Shown: positions 13,201 through 24,196 of the stretch, piece after piece | Position numbering within the stretch: the stretch's first letter is position 1 | Layout: every line of letters starts with the position of its first letter | NCBI GenBank assembly: GCA_002811645.1 | Contig: PDIP01000003.1 | Coordinates: 434,001 to 498,000, forward strand | Length of the DNA stretch: 64,000 nucleotides | Direction of reading: 5' to 3' | Source: Corallochytrium limacisporum Hawaii | Lineage: Eukaryota > Protista > Pluriformea | Program-made: the position numbers and the translations under genes | Notes under the pieces: model-generated | Seen by the model: only the letters and a program-made list of their open reading frames with translations | What the model was told of the DNA's origin: nothing | Database searches by the model: none

Positions 13201-13380
13201 GAGAGTCTCGACGTTCAAATCCCAGCAGTGGAGCAGTACCGCACTGACATTGACAATCTTGTGGCATCCGACTGCGTCCTCTGTGGCGACATCATGATTA
13301 AGAGCATCGATATGCCCTTCATTGACAATCACGAAGCTCAAGAAATTGCGTCCTGGCGAATTCATACGGATAGTTTCTAG
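10219..13380 (+). CDS. VPS18: Vacuolar protein sorting 18 (HOPS/CORVET)
   Basis: Pep3/Vps18 region (ALTEFHCL, DEARDVWKIYL), ILPFFPDFV, and C-terminal RING FYVFPCQHFFH..C / CVLCGDIMIKSID. First ATG at 10219. Confidence 0.95.
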   Translation: MSLLQQYEEDTDFVPVSQFLDPNQTIGKNVTRLDETIEEEEIEPIFVKKKVEYPPPAHVIDFAVSNNIACMALENGNIVRIDLDNPAELEIIDVVAQKKQRKAEDQFRKIFLNPSGEHLIMSHVGGSITYLNRGSETVQKIHKATSGHAIDVTTVAWAKQTISASASVGGSTSVVDRALLGSRAGDVYELVFQGAPQELKISHFGIVLSLQHFSGRGISRTINDPQRPGPSVPPIVTGLHFDFLDPANRGYSRCLLLMTTTQKVYYMIGSIGAQGSTTSLFDDYFKAQASKVCYLDFGGDLVTSSLTIHLDGPTQLADSFGWLASSGIVIGEFDIHEPLDIMTLSESLKMIPYPAFGGNAGVPVAIALTEFHCLMQYRDRVFAVNLLNSDIVYEDFFDRTYGGMINLTIDHEYATYWTFSAKAIFEIVVTDEARDVWKIYLARKDYEKALVYAGDSPDTQDKIYRALMKKCYEEKDFETAASYALKTKLRFGSIALMFLSLPVALGQSDDQEVAAKKAKALRKFLLGRIHKLQPDRRAQLTMLSAWLLDLFLAAMDAIELRDLSGGGDAFEKLQTEYRKFMHDERVKQNLHDTSPELVYELIESHGRNSEMMHFAEIIHDYEKLLWMAIMDHSPWKALELLKQYAPKQPSLVYKFSPSLIESMAEELVTLWLRLPELNSVLLIRSIVQYDSLRASSLNQNNPILRYLQVLVEERAVQNPTIVNFYIEHLAKLDDEYPMLRFVMGAAKKGIKFDQSYALRMAGEYNKQKVCIELYRLMGMYRMAVTLAVDIDIATAKEVINSIFAGDEDKELIKGLWLIVALHVAHNNDGDHKMALQLLKETKEIGIADILPFFPDFVTLADVKDTICESLEGYRQDLESIKQEISEATHTAELLRSDIQKQRNKFVVVAADNRCNLCHISILVRPFYVFPCQHFFHADCLREEVMKHMTTMQKFRLAELDRKLVDAINLSQEQRLARQQQQQMMGGSDMSLAEGESLDVQIPAVEQYRTDIDNLVASDCVLCGDIMIKSIDMPFIDNHEAQEIASWRIHTDSF

Positions 13381-13444
13381 ACGCCACATACTAAAAATGA
13401 ACATGCTGCCTATATGTCAGTAATTTATGGCCCCTCTACATCAA

Positions 13445-13783
13445 TTAAGAATCTTCGATTGTGGGCAGTTGTCCCCATGTGTAACCCGTGTGCCCGTGGA
13501 GAATTTTGATTATGTTGTAAGTCATGTACGCGCCAGGTGTGAGCGTGACGAAGGCCAAAGCCAACGCACTCCAGAAACCCGGTCCTTTTCCAGGAGGTGA
13601 GACCAGCAAGGAGATGGCCAGCAGAAAGCAAAAGATTCCGAGAGCGGTCAAGAACAGTGACAAGCGGACTGTCTTCTTGTAGCGGTTTGCTTCTTCTGAC
13701 TGCAACAGATCCCAGGTTGTACGAAACGTAATAGGCGCATTGTGGCCGTACTGGCGAAATTCGGGGCTTTCCAGTCCAGACAT
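13445..13783 (-). CDS. TMEM230/TMEM134-family (DUF872) two-TM protein
   Basis: Two TM helices and C-terminal PGAY...G..GYTW..LP motif. ATG at 13783. Confidence 0.75.
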   Translation of the reverse strand: MSGLESPEFRQYGHNAPITFRTTWDLLQSEEANRYKKTVRLSLFLTALGIFCFLLAISLLVSPPGKGPGFWSALALAFVTLTPGAYMTYNIIKILHGHTGYTWGQLPTIEDS

Positions 13784-14902
13784 TTTGGCTGTGTATTTCG
13801 AATTAAAGCCGTTGGAGTCTTTGTCCGTGCGTAGCAGCACTGTTTAACATTACTCAGTTGATGGACGGCACAGTTGTACCGTCTGCCCTTTTACATACCT
13901 AAAGATTGCTCTGACAGACCAGTACACCGCAGGGCTGTGAGTGTCCAATCCTCAAATTGGCACCCCGTAGGGCACACGCACTCTTCACAAATTCCTATTC
14001 CCGGGCGCTGTTTCTTTTTGCGGCAACCATGATGAGGGCGGCTGAATGATGGGATCAACGACCTAGGTGATGATGCTGGGCCCCGTAGCACCGCCAAATT
14101 CGCAATACGTTTACTATTGTCTCCCTTTCGCCAGTAGGGAGGAGAAAGGTTGGACCGGCTGAAATTTCTTCACCACTTGGGTTGATGGCTGTCCTCCGCA
14201 CCCACCGCTGTCACTGCTTTTTTTTTCCCTTTCATTTGTCGTGCGTCGGCTGACTGTGCAAATACTGAAATCATATGAAGAAGTAAATTTACGGACAGCC
14301 GACACACCACAGTCAGTGGAGGAGGAGGGCCCGGCGGGAGGGTTGGACGTGCGAACGGTAGATGGGTTCACTGAAAGGCGAAACGGGCAAGAGAAGGAAA
14401 TGAGGTTCGTTCTTGCTGCGCGTTCCTCGCGGTACAATTCTATGGCGTTTGTTCGCGCCCCTTCTCTCGGGATCTTCCCCGGGGCTTTTTTCCTGCCTTT
14501 GTGCCGGTGGCTGGAATGGGAGGCCACAGTCTCGAAGCACGGAGTGCAGCCCCCTCCGTTCGGACGGGCGGGCGGTCTTTATTGATTTTTAGAGGTCGTC
14601 CCTGGGCAGGAAAACGAAGGGTATTGATGGCGTGAAGAAAGTTCAGCAGGGGAGCCAAAATGTTGACCGTTGTGAACGGCTGCACAGTTTCATAGGAGTG
14701 GCTGCCAGTAACATGATTGAATACAACGGGAAGCTATTAATGCGTGCATCTTTCAAAATTAGTGGCCTTGAAGACTCTTTAAACGAAAGGGTTCTGATTC
14801 CACAGCATCGTTCACTCGTCACGCAGGTTGCAGCAGAACAACAGCAGATATGGAGACCACCTAGGCCGCCGACAGTACCTCACAGAGCTAACTTAAGAGA
14901 CA

Positions 14903-15256
14903 ATGGTTTTGAACAACCTCCCCGACTTCGCGTCGAGTATTAGTTCTTTCTCAGAAATCTTTGAAGCAACTTTATTCTGGCACGTAATCTTTGTGGCCTT
15001 TACGTATGTGGTTGCAGGGTGTATAGCCTGGTACAACCTTTCCTGGTTCCGATACGGCTTTGTCATTTTTCTAGGCTTTTTGGGATTAGGTTTTGCTGCC
15101 GGGTTTTTCTTCGGAGTTATTGTTGGGCTTCTACTGGCATACTACGTGACCCTGTTGGCCATTAGTATCCCTGGCTGGGTACCTGCGGTTCTTGGCCTAG
15201 GCATTGCTATGCTCAATGCGCTCACTGCCATTTCACGTATGATGTTCACAATGTGA
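14903..15256 (+). CDS. TMEM170: TMEM170-family ER membrane protein
   Basis: SSFSEIF..LFW..VAG N-terminal motif, three TM helices, C-terminal SRM..TM. Confidence 0.75.
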   Translation: MVLNNLPDFASSISSFSEIFEATLFWHVIFVAFTYVVAGCIAWYNLSWFRYGFVIFLGFLGLGFAAGFFFGVIVGLLLAYYVTLLAISIPGWVPAVLGLGIAMLNALTAISRMMFTM

Positions 15257-15337
15257 CATCATAGAGAATTCCAAATGTTGTCTACATAGTGTGTCACATT
15301 GACCAAACTCACATAAATGAACTAGTACTTTATAGAC

Positions 15338-16660
15338 TTAACACCAACTGAAGAATGGGTTGCGCTTTCGGAACTTCTGGATCAGGCTTCGATCCTTTTT
15401 GTTCTTGATCAAAATAAGAGCAGGCATCTCTGCAAGCTTCTGCGGGGTCATGCGCCGCTCTAGGGCCTTGACCAGGTTCAGAATCTGTCCACGCATCACA
15501 CTCATCTGCTTATCAAACAAGCGGGCATCAAAGCCAGGGTCCTCACGAAAGAGGGCAAAGAGAGCGTCACAGAGCTGCTCAATTTTTTCCTCTGAGGTCA
15601 AGATAGGCAGCAGGTACTCTGCAATCTCATCGCTAAACGGCTTCCGCGCCTGGGGCAGCCATGCCCAGTAGAAAGGATATGAACGCCAGTCTTCAGGATG
15701 CTTCCAGGGGAAGGCCAGACCATTGTCAATGGCGGCAAGCTCGATGCGCACCTTTGGTACAGGTTCCTTTCCCTTTTCCTTTACTGGAATCTCCGCTGGG
15801 TGTTCTGCACTGGTTCCAGGCTCTGCACTGTCTTTGCTAATCTCTCCGTCGTCGTCTCCGTTCTCGGGAGACAGTGCATCCGACTCTTCCTTCTTCGGGG
15901 CTTCTGGAACCTCAAATTTAATGAGCCAATTGTCATTGCCACGGTCAGTGTTGCGAATTATATAATCGAGGCAGACCATGCGCTCGAACTCTTTCTGGAA
16001 GTCTTCCCGGGTGTCCTCGTCTAGCAAGTCAGGTTCCCGCTCGAATCGTTGCAGCCAGTATGAAGCATCCTTATATCCGCGAACAAATGTCTGTAGACTG
16101 CCACGCTTCAGAGGTAGGCCAGTGCGCTTGCTGCGCTTGGCCCGAGCGCGCTGGTGAGGCAGATAGTTGAACGTCGGACTGGCAAGCTTGACGACCTCTG
16201 TCCGGGGCACCACATTCAGCCCCAGGAAAACATCTACGAGGCTAGCCCCAGCCTCAGACATGTATCCTTGGTTCGGAATGAGACAAGATCGTCCAAAGCA
16301 ACAAGGCAGAAAAACCCGATGAATCCATTTCATCCATTTTGGATTAAGGCGGCCATAAGGCTCTTCGTCTTTCGGCTTAAATACACCGATAATGTGTCCG
16401 GTGTCATCCCGTGCAAAATATGACCCACTGCTGCCCTGGTAGATGCGAGTAGGGAAAACTCCGTGTTTGATTGCGTCCCGAATATTCTTCAGGAGAGTCT
16501 GAAAATCCGCATTCACGGGCACATGCGCGGTGCCTATCCCCAGCAATTCGGAACTGCTGTGGGCTGGAGGATCATTACGCTCCTCATTCTTGAGTAGTGG
16601 AGCATCGTGGCTGCTTGTCGTGCTCAAATCACTGAGCTGCCGCTCCAAAGGTTCCACCAT
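15338..16660 (-). CDS. PI4K2: Phosphatidylinositol 4-kinase type II
   Basis: IYQGSSGSYF, VFKPKDEEPYG, CCFGRSCL palmitoylation motif, DYIIRNTDRGNDNWL, IDNGLAFP. Confidence 0.95.
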   Translation of the reverse strand: MVEPLERQLSDLSTTSSHDAPLLKNEERNDPPAHSSSELLGIGTAHVPVNADFQTLLKNIRDAIKHGVFPTRIYQGSSGSYFARDDTGHIIGVFKPKDEEPYGRLNPKWMKWIHRVFLPCCFGRSCLIPNQGYMSEAGASLVDVFLGLNVVPRTEVVKLASPTFNYLPHQRARAKRSKRTGLPLKRGSLQTFVRGYKDASYWLQRFEREPDLLDEDTREDFQKEFERMVCLDYIIRNTDRGNDNWLIKFEVPEAPKKEESDALSPENGDDDGEISKDSAEPGTSAEHPAEIPVKEKGKEPVPKVRIELAAIDNGLAFPWKHPEDWRSYPFYWAWLPQARKPFSDEIAEYLLPILTSEEKIEQLCDALFALFREDPGFDARLFDKQMSVMRGQILNLVKALERRMTPQKLAEMPALILIKNKKDRSLIQKFRKRNPFFSWC

Positions 16661-18211
16661 GGCAAATGATTGTTATTGTATGAAACCTGTGTCTAGTGCT
16701 CCGTATCCCGATAGCGCTCGTTTACAGCATTTTCCCTGTAATACATTTATTTCTTTACTAAATAACCTCGTTCAAATTCAGCCGTAATGATTATTTACAG
16801 AGGGTTTGACGTTTACATACCAGATCCTGTAGTGCCTTGTGTATGTACGACGAGACTGTGCCATCTTCGGTCCAAACGCGTGGTCTGTCGTTCGTACACC
16901 ACGTATAAACATTTTCCGACGGAGTGTGCCTACCCGAACGGGCGGCACGGCAGTGGCGCAGTTGCCTGCTGTGGACTTACGAAAATTTTCCCTGCTTGCA
17001 CGACGAAAAACCGACACGCTTCAAAACGAGAATGAAATCTACCTGCCACCCACTCTCTCAATACGCATCGCCCTCGTCATATTAAACGAACTGAAAACAC
17101 TTTACAATGATTTGCAAAAATCTCCTTGATTTTCTTCCAGCTCGCGGGCCCGGGCCGCCTGCCTTGGCGGAGTGGGGACGGGAGAGAGCGACGGGTGTAC
17201 TTCTCATCCCGGTTCTCCCCTCCCCTCCCCCTGCGCTGGCGGAAAGGGGAAGGGGGGGGGGGGTGAGGTTTTTCCAGCGGTACATTTTGCGCAGCTGAGC
17301 TCCCGCGATAGCCGTGCCGCGTCACACAGCCCGCCTGCCCATGCTTCCCCAACTCTTCGATTTCCCCCTTCGCTTGGCACTCACTGCGTATCTCTGTCAT
17401 TCCTCAGCCTTGAAATGCAAACCAATTGGGCTAGCTATAGGTCCCATGAGGCCTTGGTCCCTGTCGTTACCATCGACGTCATAGTGAACTAGACCGATCA
17501 ATGAGCATTTACTCTCCGCAGTTTTCTACCTTCCTCCTTTGCCGTCCCTCCGCGGAGGGATTGAGAGGGGGGGGGGTTGGGGGTTGGGCTTGGCTCTGTA
17601 CCTAAATTTCCCTTCCCTTCCCTCTCTCCTCCCCCACCCCACTTTCAAAATTCCCTGCAAAACTAACGGGACCGTTGCTCAAACCTCCCCCCCCCCCCCC
17701 CCCTGGGCCCCAACCTTCCCTTGCTGCTATCCACCTCCCGTCCTGGGAAGGCTCTGCCTGGTTCCGTGCTAATCTCTCCGCTTCACTGCCTGCAGCAATC
17801 GACCCTGCTCCCCTTTCTGTTACTTTCGTCCTTTTTTTTTTGGTTAATCGTCGCCGATCAAGGTCGCAAATTTTTCTTAGTTTTGCCCTTTTGCAGTCAC
17901 GAACAATGGGTTAGGGGGGTCGATCCTAGTCCCCTAATTCCTATTCTTGCTCTTTACTGGCGGCAGTATGTGGCCCATTGCTGGCCAGCCAGGCCATACA
18001 AGGCATATCTTTTTCGTCCAGCGGGGCATATTTTAGTTGCCCGCCTAAGCAAAAAGGAGGATGAAAACGGTGGTGGGAGGAACGGGGGGGCCTTTTTCTT
18101 ATTTTTTCTTTTCCCGGGGCCATACCCCCCCCCCTTCTCCTCTGCCTCCCCATTTTTTTCTTTTCTCACTACCACCCCCCCACGGGGGGGGGGGGCTCAC
18201 ACTAGGGGACC

Positions 18212-18288
18212 NNNNNNNNNNNNNNNNNNNNNNNNNNNNNNNNNNNNNNNNNNNNNNNNNNNNNNNNNNNNNNNNNNNNNNNNNNNNN
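18212..18288. other. Assembly gap (77 N) with duplicated flanks
   Basis: The string G-run+ctcacactaggggacc occurs on both sides of the N run. Confidence 0.95.
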
Positions 18289-19150
18289 CCCCCCCCCCCG
18301 GGGGGGGGGGGGCTCACACTAGGGGACCCGCACGGCAGCGGCAGCGGCCGACCGAAAAAGGGAACGAGGGAGGAGACGACGACACACGTAAAGGGGGGGG
18401 AGGGGGACCCGATAAGAAAGACGGAGTCTGATGCAGACTTTCGGAGAAAGAAACGGGGGTTCGGGGATGGTTCACTTGGATGGCTTGACTTGGTCAGGAA
18501 CTGGAAGGTGAAGCTGAAACCTCGAGCATGGTTCTCCACTGAGAAGAGGGGGGCTTCTTAGCTGGTCACAATAGGCGGAAGTAGTTTGACTCGCCCTTGG
18601 ACGGCCCACTGCCCGTTCGATCTAGTAAATCTTTCCTCAGTCAATGTTTTCATAGAATTTAAATGGAGTGTGGAACGGGCTGCTTCCTAGTTTTTTGTCC
18701 GCCAGCACGAACCCCTCGAAGGGGTTGTGGATGGACGGATGGGCTGGCCGCCTCCGCCCGGGACGGACGTTGTGGGCTCTGCTCAGGGCTAACATTGGCT
18801 GGTATGGCTGTGCTAGGCATGTCCTGACGGGGCCAATACGCTGTTACTCTCCATGGTGTTTACACATGATCGGCACCTCTCAACTTCAGAGCCCTTCCTC
18901 GAAAGTGACACTTGCGTCTTTGTCCGGTTGACCAAGACATTGACGACAGAAGTGTACATCCACCATAATATTGATCTATTCTCATTGACCCCTCTTCGTT
19001 CCTCACCCTCCTCATTCGAATGGGTGTGTATTTTCGGGTACTTTGGACAACATTGAACCCATGGGCGACGCGTAAGCTATATATTTTAGCCCATACTGGT
19101 GGTCTGTGTACAAGTTATGCAAAAGACACACATGTAGGCAAAGAAACACG

Positions 19151-19777
19151 ATGGGTCAAGAGCAGAGCAAGGGTAAGGAATTACTTGAGCAGACCCAGAA
19201 ACAGGGCCGCCGCTCTAGCCAATCATCTGGGGATGTCGCAGAGGACTCAACTAATACTGTCACTGCTGACAACGTGGATGATGTTCGGCAAGTTTCTTCT
19301 CGCGGGCCCGAAGAGGATGAGTCGGATCCAATCCTTCGCGCCCTTCACAACGTGCCTATCTTTGTCCCAAGCAATAAACGTAGTGGGTTTGACCACACCT
19401 GGATGAAGTCACGTCCAATCGTGCTGAAAAAGGCGCAAGGGCTCGAGAGTGATCACGTTGCTGCAATTGTTGCAGAACTGCAGTACCATAATGCCAAACA
19501 GCTGCGTCAAATCCTCAGCAATCAGAACGAACTGCAAAGATTGTACTCCCTCCTGAGGGCCGCATGCCTGAACACAGCAGCAATCGCCACAGACATACTA
19601 GATCATACGGCCACAATCAAGAGTCAGACAGTCCCGATTATACGTCTGACCAGCCGCATAGAGCAAATGCATGGAAAGGTAGAAGCTCTCAAGAGGAACC
19701 TGAAAGATCTCGACGATCGCTTGGCGGTCATGGAATTCGAAAGTGAAACTATGGGGTCGAAGACATCTGTGTCATAG
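19151..19777 (+). CDS. BORCS5: BORC subunit 5 (myrlysin/LOH12CR1)
   Basis: MGQEQS myristoylation motif, DPILRALHNVPIFVP, then a coiled coil. Confidence 0.75.
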   Translation: MGQEQSKGKELLEQTQKQGRRSSQSSGDVAEDSTNTVTADNVDDVRQVSSRGPEEDESDPILRALHNVPIFVPSNKRSGFDHTWMKSRPIVLKKAQGLESDHVAAIVAELQYHNAKQLRQILSNQNELQRLYSLLRAACLNTAAIATDILDHTATIKSQTVPIIRLTSRIEQMHGKVEALKRNLKDLDDRLAVMEFESETMGSKTSVS

Positions 19778-19828
19778 TAGTAGGTAGTATACGTATTGAA
19801 ACATTGCCATTATGCTTAGCAGCTGTGA

Positions 19829-22617
19829 TCACACAAACTTCAGCTTTGTTTGCCCCGATTCATCTGGCGTCCTTCGGTCAAAAGTGAGCCTGCTCTGGAA
19901 CTGATGTCGTGGTTTGTCCAACGGACGTGTGGACGGAGTTTCTCCTTGAGTCACCGCAAGTCGTGCCCTCTTGCGGGGCCCTCCGTCCTGCAGTTGCATC
20001 TGTACTTGCACTCCATTGCTGAGTGGAGTTAGCGGAGCATTGTGTGGTTCGCACGTTTGGCCGGTTATTGCCTGAGTGGGTGTGGCAGTGTACGTCTGAA
20101 TCAGAGTCAGATAGTTGGTAACAGAGGGATGAATGTACCCACAAAGGCCTTTCATAGTGTTGCAGATGTCGTCACTGCTGAGCAAGTCATAGAGACGGCA
20201 GTGGTTAAGAATCATTTGTGCAACAAGGGGATTGAGACCAGCTTGAATCAGGAATCTTTCGTGCGCACTCTCGCGCTCCATTATCCAGGCACTCGGCTCC
20301 ACCATAGCCGGATCACTACCAGTGGCCATATTCGACAGGGTCTGTAGCAACATATCCATCTGTGAGTCTGTTGAGGCAAAGTGTACGTGTGTTCGAGGGC
20401 GCAAGTCATAATTGGATTGATGTCCCTTCACCTGCAGACGTTGATTGATTTTCACGTCCACGTGTGATGTGAAAGCGCGCACAACCTTGGCCTGCAGCAC
20501 CTCTGTCTCTTCTTCCTCGTTGGCAAAATCCGCTTCACGGAAATCCAAGATGCAGTACAGATCTTGGTACGCATGGATCGCGGTTTCGATCCGGTCAAGA
20601 TCTTTTTCAAACGAACTTAAGATCTTCATGTTTTGCATTCTTTGATTCACTTTGCGAAGCCCAATGTCCAGGATCACTGCCCCCGCTTTGCTGCTCAGCG
20701 CAACATCAACGCTCTTCACCACTTTCCTGTCCCGGCTGCGTGTCCGGAACAAAAAGTTACTGGTCTCGAAGAACGTACTCGCGCCTTGTACACAAGGATT
20801 GAGAATACAACCCCTCAAACCAAATAGGGGTGATGAAATCTGCTCAGGATCCACAGTGTTTTCGTCGTGTGTGTCAGGTGCTGGGATTGAAGTTGTGAGG
20901 GAACCAATCCTGTATTGCAGCACACCAACGGGCAACAAGGTGGAGATCTTGTCATCCAAGTTTGTCTCAAAGTGGACAATGCCAATAAGATGACTGTGTT
21001 TTATCAGGTATGGTGTGACCTGGTCGCTTCGCAGAACCAAAACGTGGTAGTCTTTCAAGTCGACGCATTCCAGTGACCAATTTGTCAAATCGATGCACGC
21101 AAAGGGTAGCTCCTGAAAAAAATCCGCCATAGCTTCAGAAGCGAAGTTTCTCATCGCTGGCACTACGAGGGCGATTTGAAACTTCTCGTCTGGTCGCAGC
21201 AAGTGGTGGATCAATTGTTCGAGACACAGGTACCTTGGGTGTTCTCCCCAATGCGGAGCGCAATCCCCTAGACCTTGCAACTGCAGAATCTCCTTGCAGC
21301 ACTGGAATCCACCAGCACCATAGTCTAGCAAGCATGTGGCAGCAGTATTGAGAAATCAAGGGCAGTTTCTGACCCTTGCAATGTCTTGATCAGGTGGCGC
21401 TGCGATAAGTGGAGCCTCATCAAACCATTCAGAGAAATATACATCTCGGAGTTTTCAAACTTGTGAGTAGTTGGCAGAATTGTCATAGAGCGGCAGTTGT
21501 CAGTAGCTTGCAAGGCTGAATCCTCGATGTGAGAAACCTCAATGATCAGCTCGTCTAAATTCTGTTCATCCAGTATCCTTGAAACTGTAGACTGCCTGTT
21601 ACTCGATTCGGGTACCAAGATGCATAGAGGCCACGGATCGGTCAAATTCCAACTAAGGCTGCCTTTCAGAACGTCCATGTCAGCTTCTGACCATGTGAAA
21701 TGGGGATTATCTTCTATTCCTCTACCATGTCGAAAGTGTTCAAGGGATGACCTATGGACGACTGAGATCTGCCAAAAGCGAAAACGCTCGGAAGCCCGCA
21801 AGAAGTTGCTGTAGCTCCACTGCAAGAGATCAGGAACGGACGACGGGTCTCTCACATCTCTTGGGACGAAAGCAAAGTCAATGACTTGCTCGTTCATATG
21901 GACATCAAATCCCAAAACCCAATCTTCTATGTTTGTATCCAACATATGGTCCTCTTGCTCAATGCATCGGCGTGTCATCTCTGAAGATGGGTCTCTAGCA
22001 AGTATCGACAGTGTATGTAGTTCGTCTATGGAAGGAAGTGGAGACCACTCGATCCCATCTAGTCCACCATAGTCTCTCAGAAAGACAACATCAAGGTCAG
22101 TGACGAGTAGGTCCAGACGGAAGCTATCAACTTCGGCTATTTTGACGGTCTCAATATCTAACTGACGGGATAAAATCTTTGGATTGACCGCGTCATGGTC
22201 AACGTACAATGCACTCCAATCGATATGCCCTGCCGTTTCCGTCATGAGATCATGGAACCCAACGTCGTCTTCTGCTAAAGTCTGCTCAAGTTTGAAATGT
22301 TCAAAACTTTCCTTTTTCACCATAAGCACATGCTGCCCAGTAGTTTGCTGGTTTGTTTGCTGGAACCCCGTAGCTAGAATAACATCCAGGTCATTGAGAT
22401 CACTGACATCCGGGAAGAGGCCGTCCAGCTTCAACGGAGGGCCAGCTATATCCGTGAAAGTGATGGTAAAATCCAATTTTGCGGAAGGAAGCCGGGCTTG
22501 TCGAAGAAGACGAAGCCTTTCATTTTCTTCAGGTGTCTTGTGACGGCGTAGAATTAGTATTCTGAATCGTAACTCAAATCATGTTCGACCCTGAGCAATA
22601 CCTACTTGCATACACAT
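19829..22617 (-). CDS. SHOC1: SHOC1/Zip2-like meiotic XPF-domain protein, interrupted by a -1 frameshift at about 21355-21328
   Basis: LNPLVAQMILN (HhH) and C-terminal RLTFDR..SGQTKLKF match remembered SHOC1. ORFs 22476-21325 and 21331-19829 overlap. Probable first exon 22617-22606 and intron 22605-22537 (GTAGGT..TACTAAT..AAG). Confidence 0.7.
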
Positions 22618-24196
22618 GCCAGCATTGCTGGCTAAAGATATACCATATTCTCTCATTTTTCTTGAGGATCGGGTTTACAATGGCCCCTATTTCAGAAGGC
22701 ATGGTATTCACTAGTCACGATCAAATAGTTGCTTGACAGTCCTTCTCGATGAGACTCACGGAAGGGTCGCGCCCTGACCGAGTGAGACCCTCGAAACGGC
22801 TCTGTTCACCCTTTCCCCTCTCTTCGCTTACCGCGCCCCCATCTAAATTTTACCCGCCAATTCACAATAGGCCTGAAACTGCCGTGCTTACAAATAGATT
22901 GTCCCCCGTCATTCCATTCGATATTGCCCACTCAGACACCGGTCGCAGGGGAACTGAGGCTGTTGTCGATGACATAGATCATGTCAGCAAGCAGCCAAGT
23001 GGGCAACGTTGATGTCGTCGACTGCGTCGTGATGGTATCCACTTGGACGAAGGGGAAATCGTAACGTTTCCAGTCACCGTCGGAGTCGCTTCCTCAGTTC
23101 TTGTCTACGTTTGTCTCCGCCCACAAGGGAGTCCACCTGGGAACTCGCATCGAGACTCGTTTCTCTGGCACTTTCCCGTAGTGGATCTTCATTGGAAACG
23201 CAGCCCTGTAGTTCACTTGGGGCTTGCAGAAGTACAGCGGCGTTACAAGTGTCGCGGGCGTTCGGCTGTACATTGTCTGACGAAGTCCGGAGGATCCCCC
23301 GCCCCTTCCCAAGTCTCACGTCTAACACCGTTAGGTGCCGAAGAGGTTTGCTTGTTTGGCTGATGCCTGCGGTAGTACTGAACTGGACCCCGTCCCGATG
23401 CGCGGAAGTGGGTATTGTTGACGCACAAGGTAAACGGTGGAGTCTATCCGCAACGATTAGGCTTCGTTGCCCTTGTTTATTACTATGTAGTGCCTCACCC
23501 TTTTTCGTATATTTGCTTCCTCTGCTCTCGGTGGTGGAAGAATTCTACGTGTCTACCCAGTCTGGGTAGGGCGCCGATGCGGCACTATTCTACTGATATG
23601 GTCAATCAGTGACACGCACACGACGGTACATATCCAATGGAAATTATTTGGTTCTATCCCATTCTCCCCAATCTCCGCTGTCTAAATGCTGCCCCCCCCC
23701 CCTATTGCGAAGCAGAGACAGTCTTAGTCTTGCACGCCGAGTCAGCAATGATGCTATGTTCCTTCCTTTCCCCCCCCCCTGCCGGCCCCGGGGGAGGGGC
23801 CTTCCTCGTCCCTGCTCAATTTAGGGGTTGGAGAGGGTGTATACCTGTCAGGAAATGGTAGATTTCCCTTGCTATTATGAGTGAACTAAGGATTGGAGCC
23901 ATCTGAACAAAATTCGTCTGACAGACGAGTACAAGACCGAGAGCGGGTGGGGGCTGCTGAGCGGGGTGGGACACTTCTTTGTGCGTGCACTGGAAGCCTT
24001 GAACCAATGTTCTTAAACCTAAACAGCAAAATGATGGCGCATGGGATGATGTGCATGCATGAGGGCCGGCTATTTGTGAATTCATGTGACTTTCATATAA
24101 AACACTACGCGATATCACTACTAAAACGAAGAAATCCTGGACACCAAGATCACGAGTCATGGAGTGACAATAGAATGCGTATCTAGAGTTGTCAGA

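Noticed and set aside
14632-14943. ORF overlapping the TMEM170 start
   Set aside because: No recognisable protein. Without a known transcription start it cannot be called a uORF.
17721-18561. ORFs spanning the N gap and the apparent direct repeat flanking it
   Set aside because: The same flank on both sides of the Ns in homopolymer-rich sequence is best explained as an unresolved assembly overlap. The ORFs are low-complexity artefacts.
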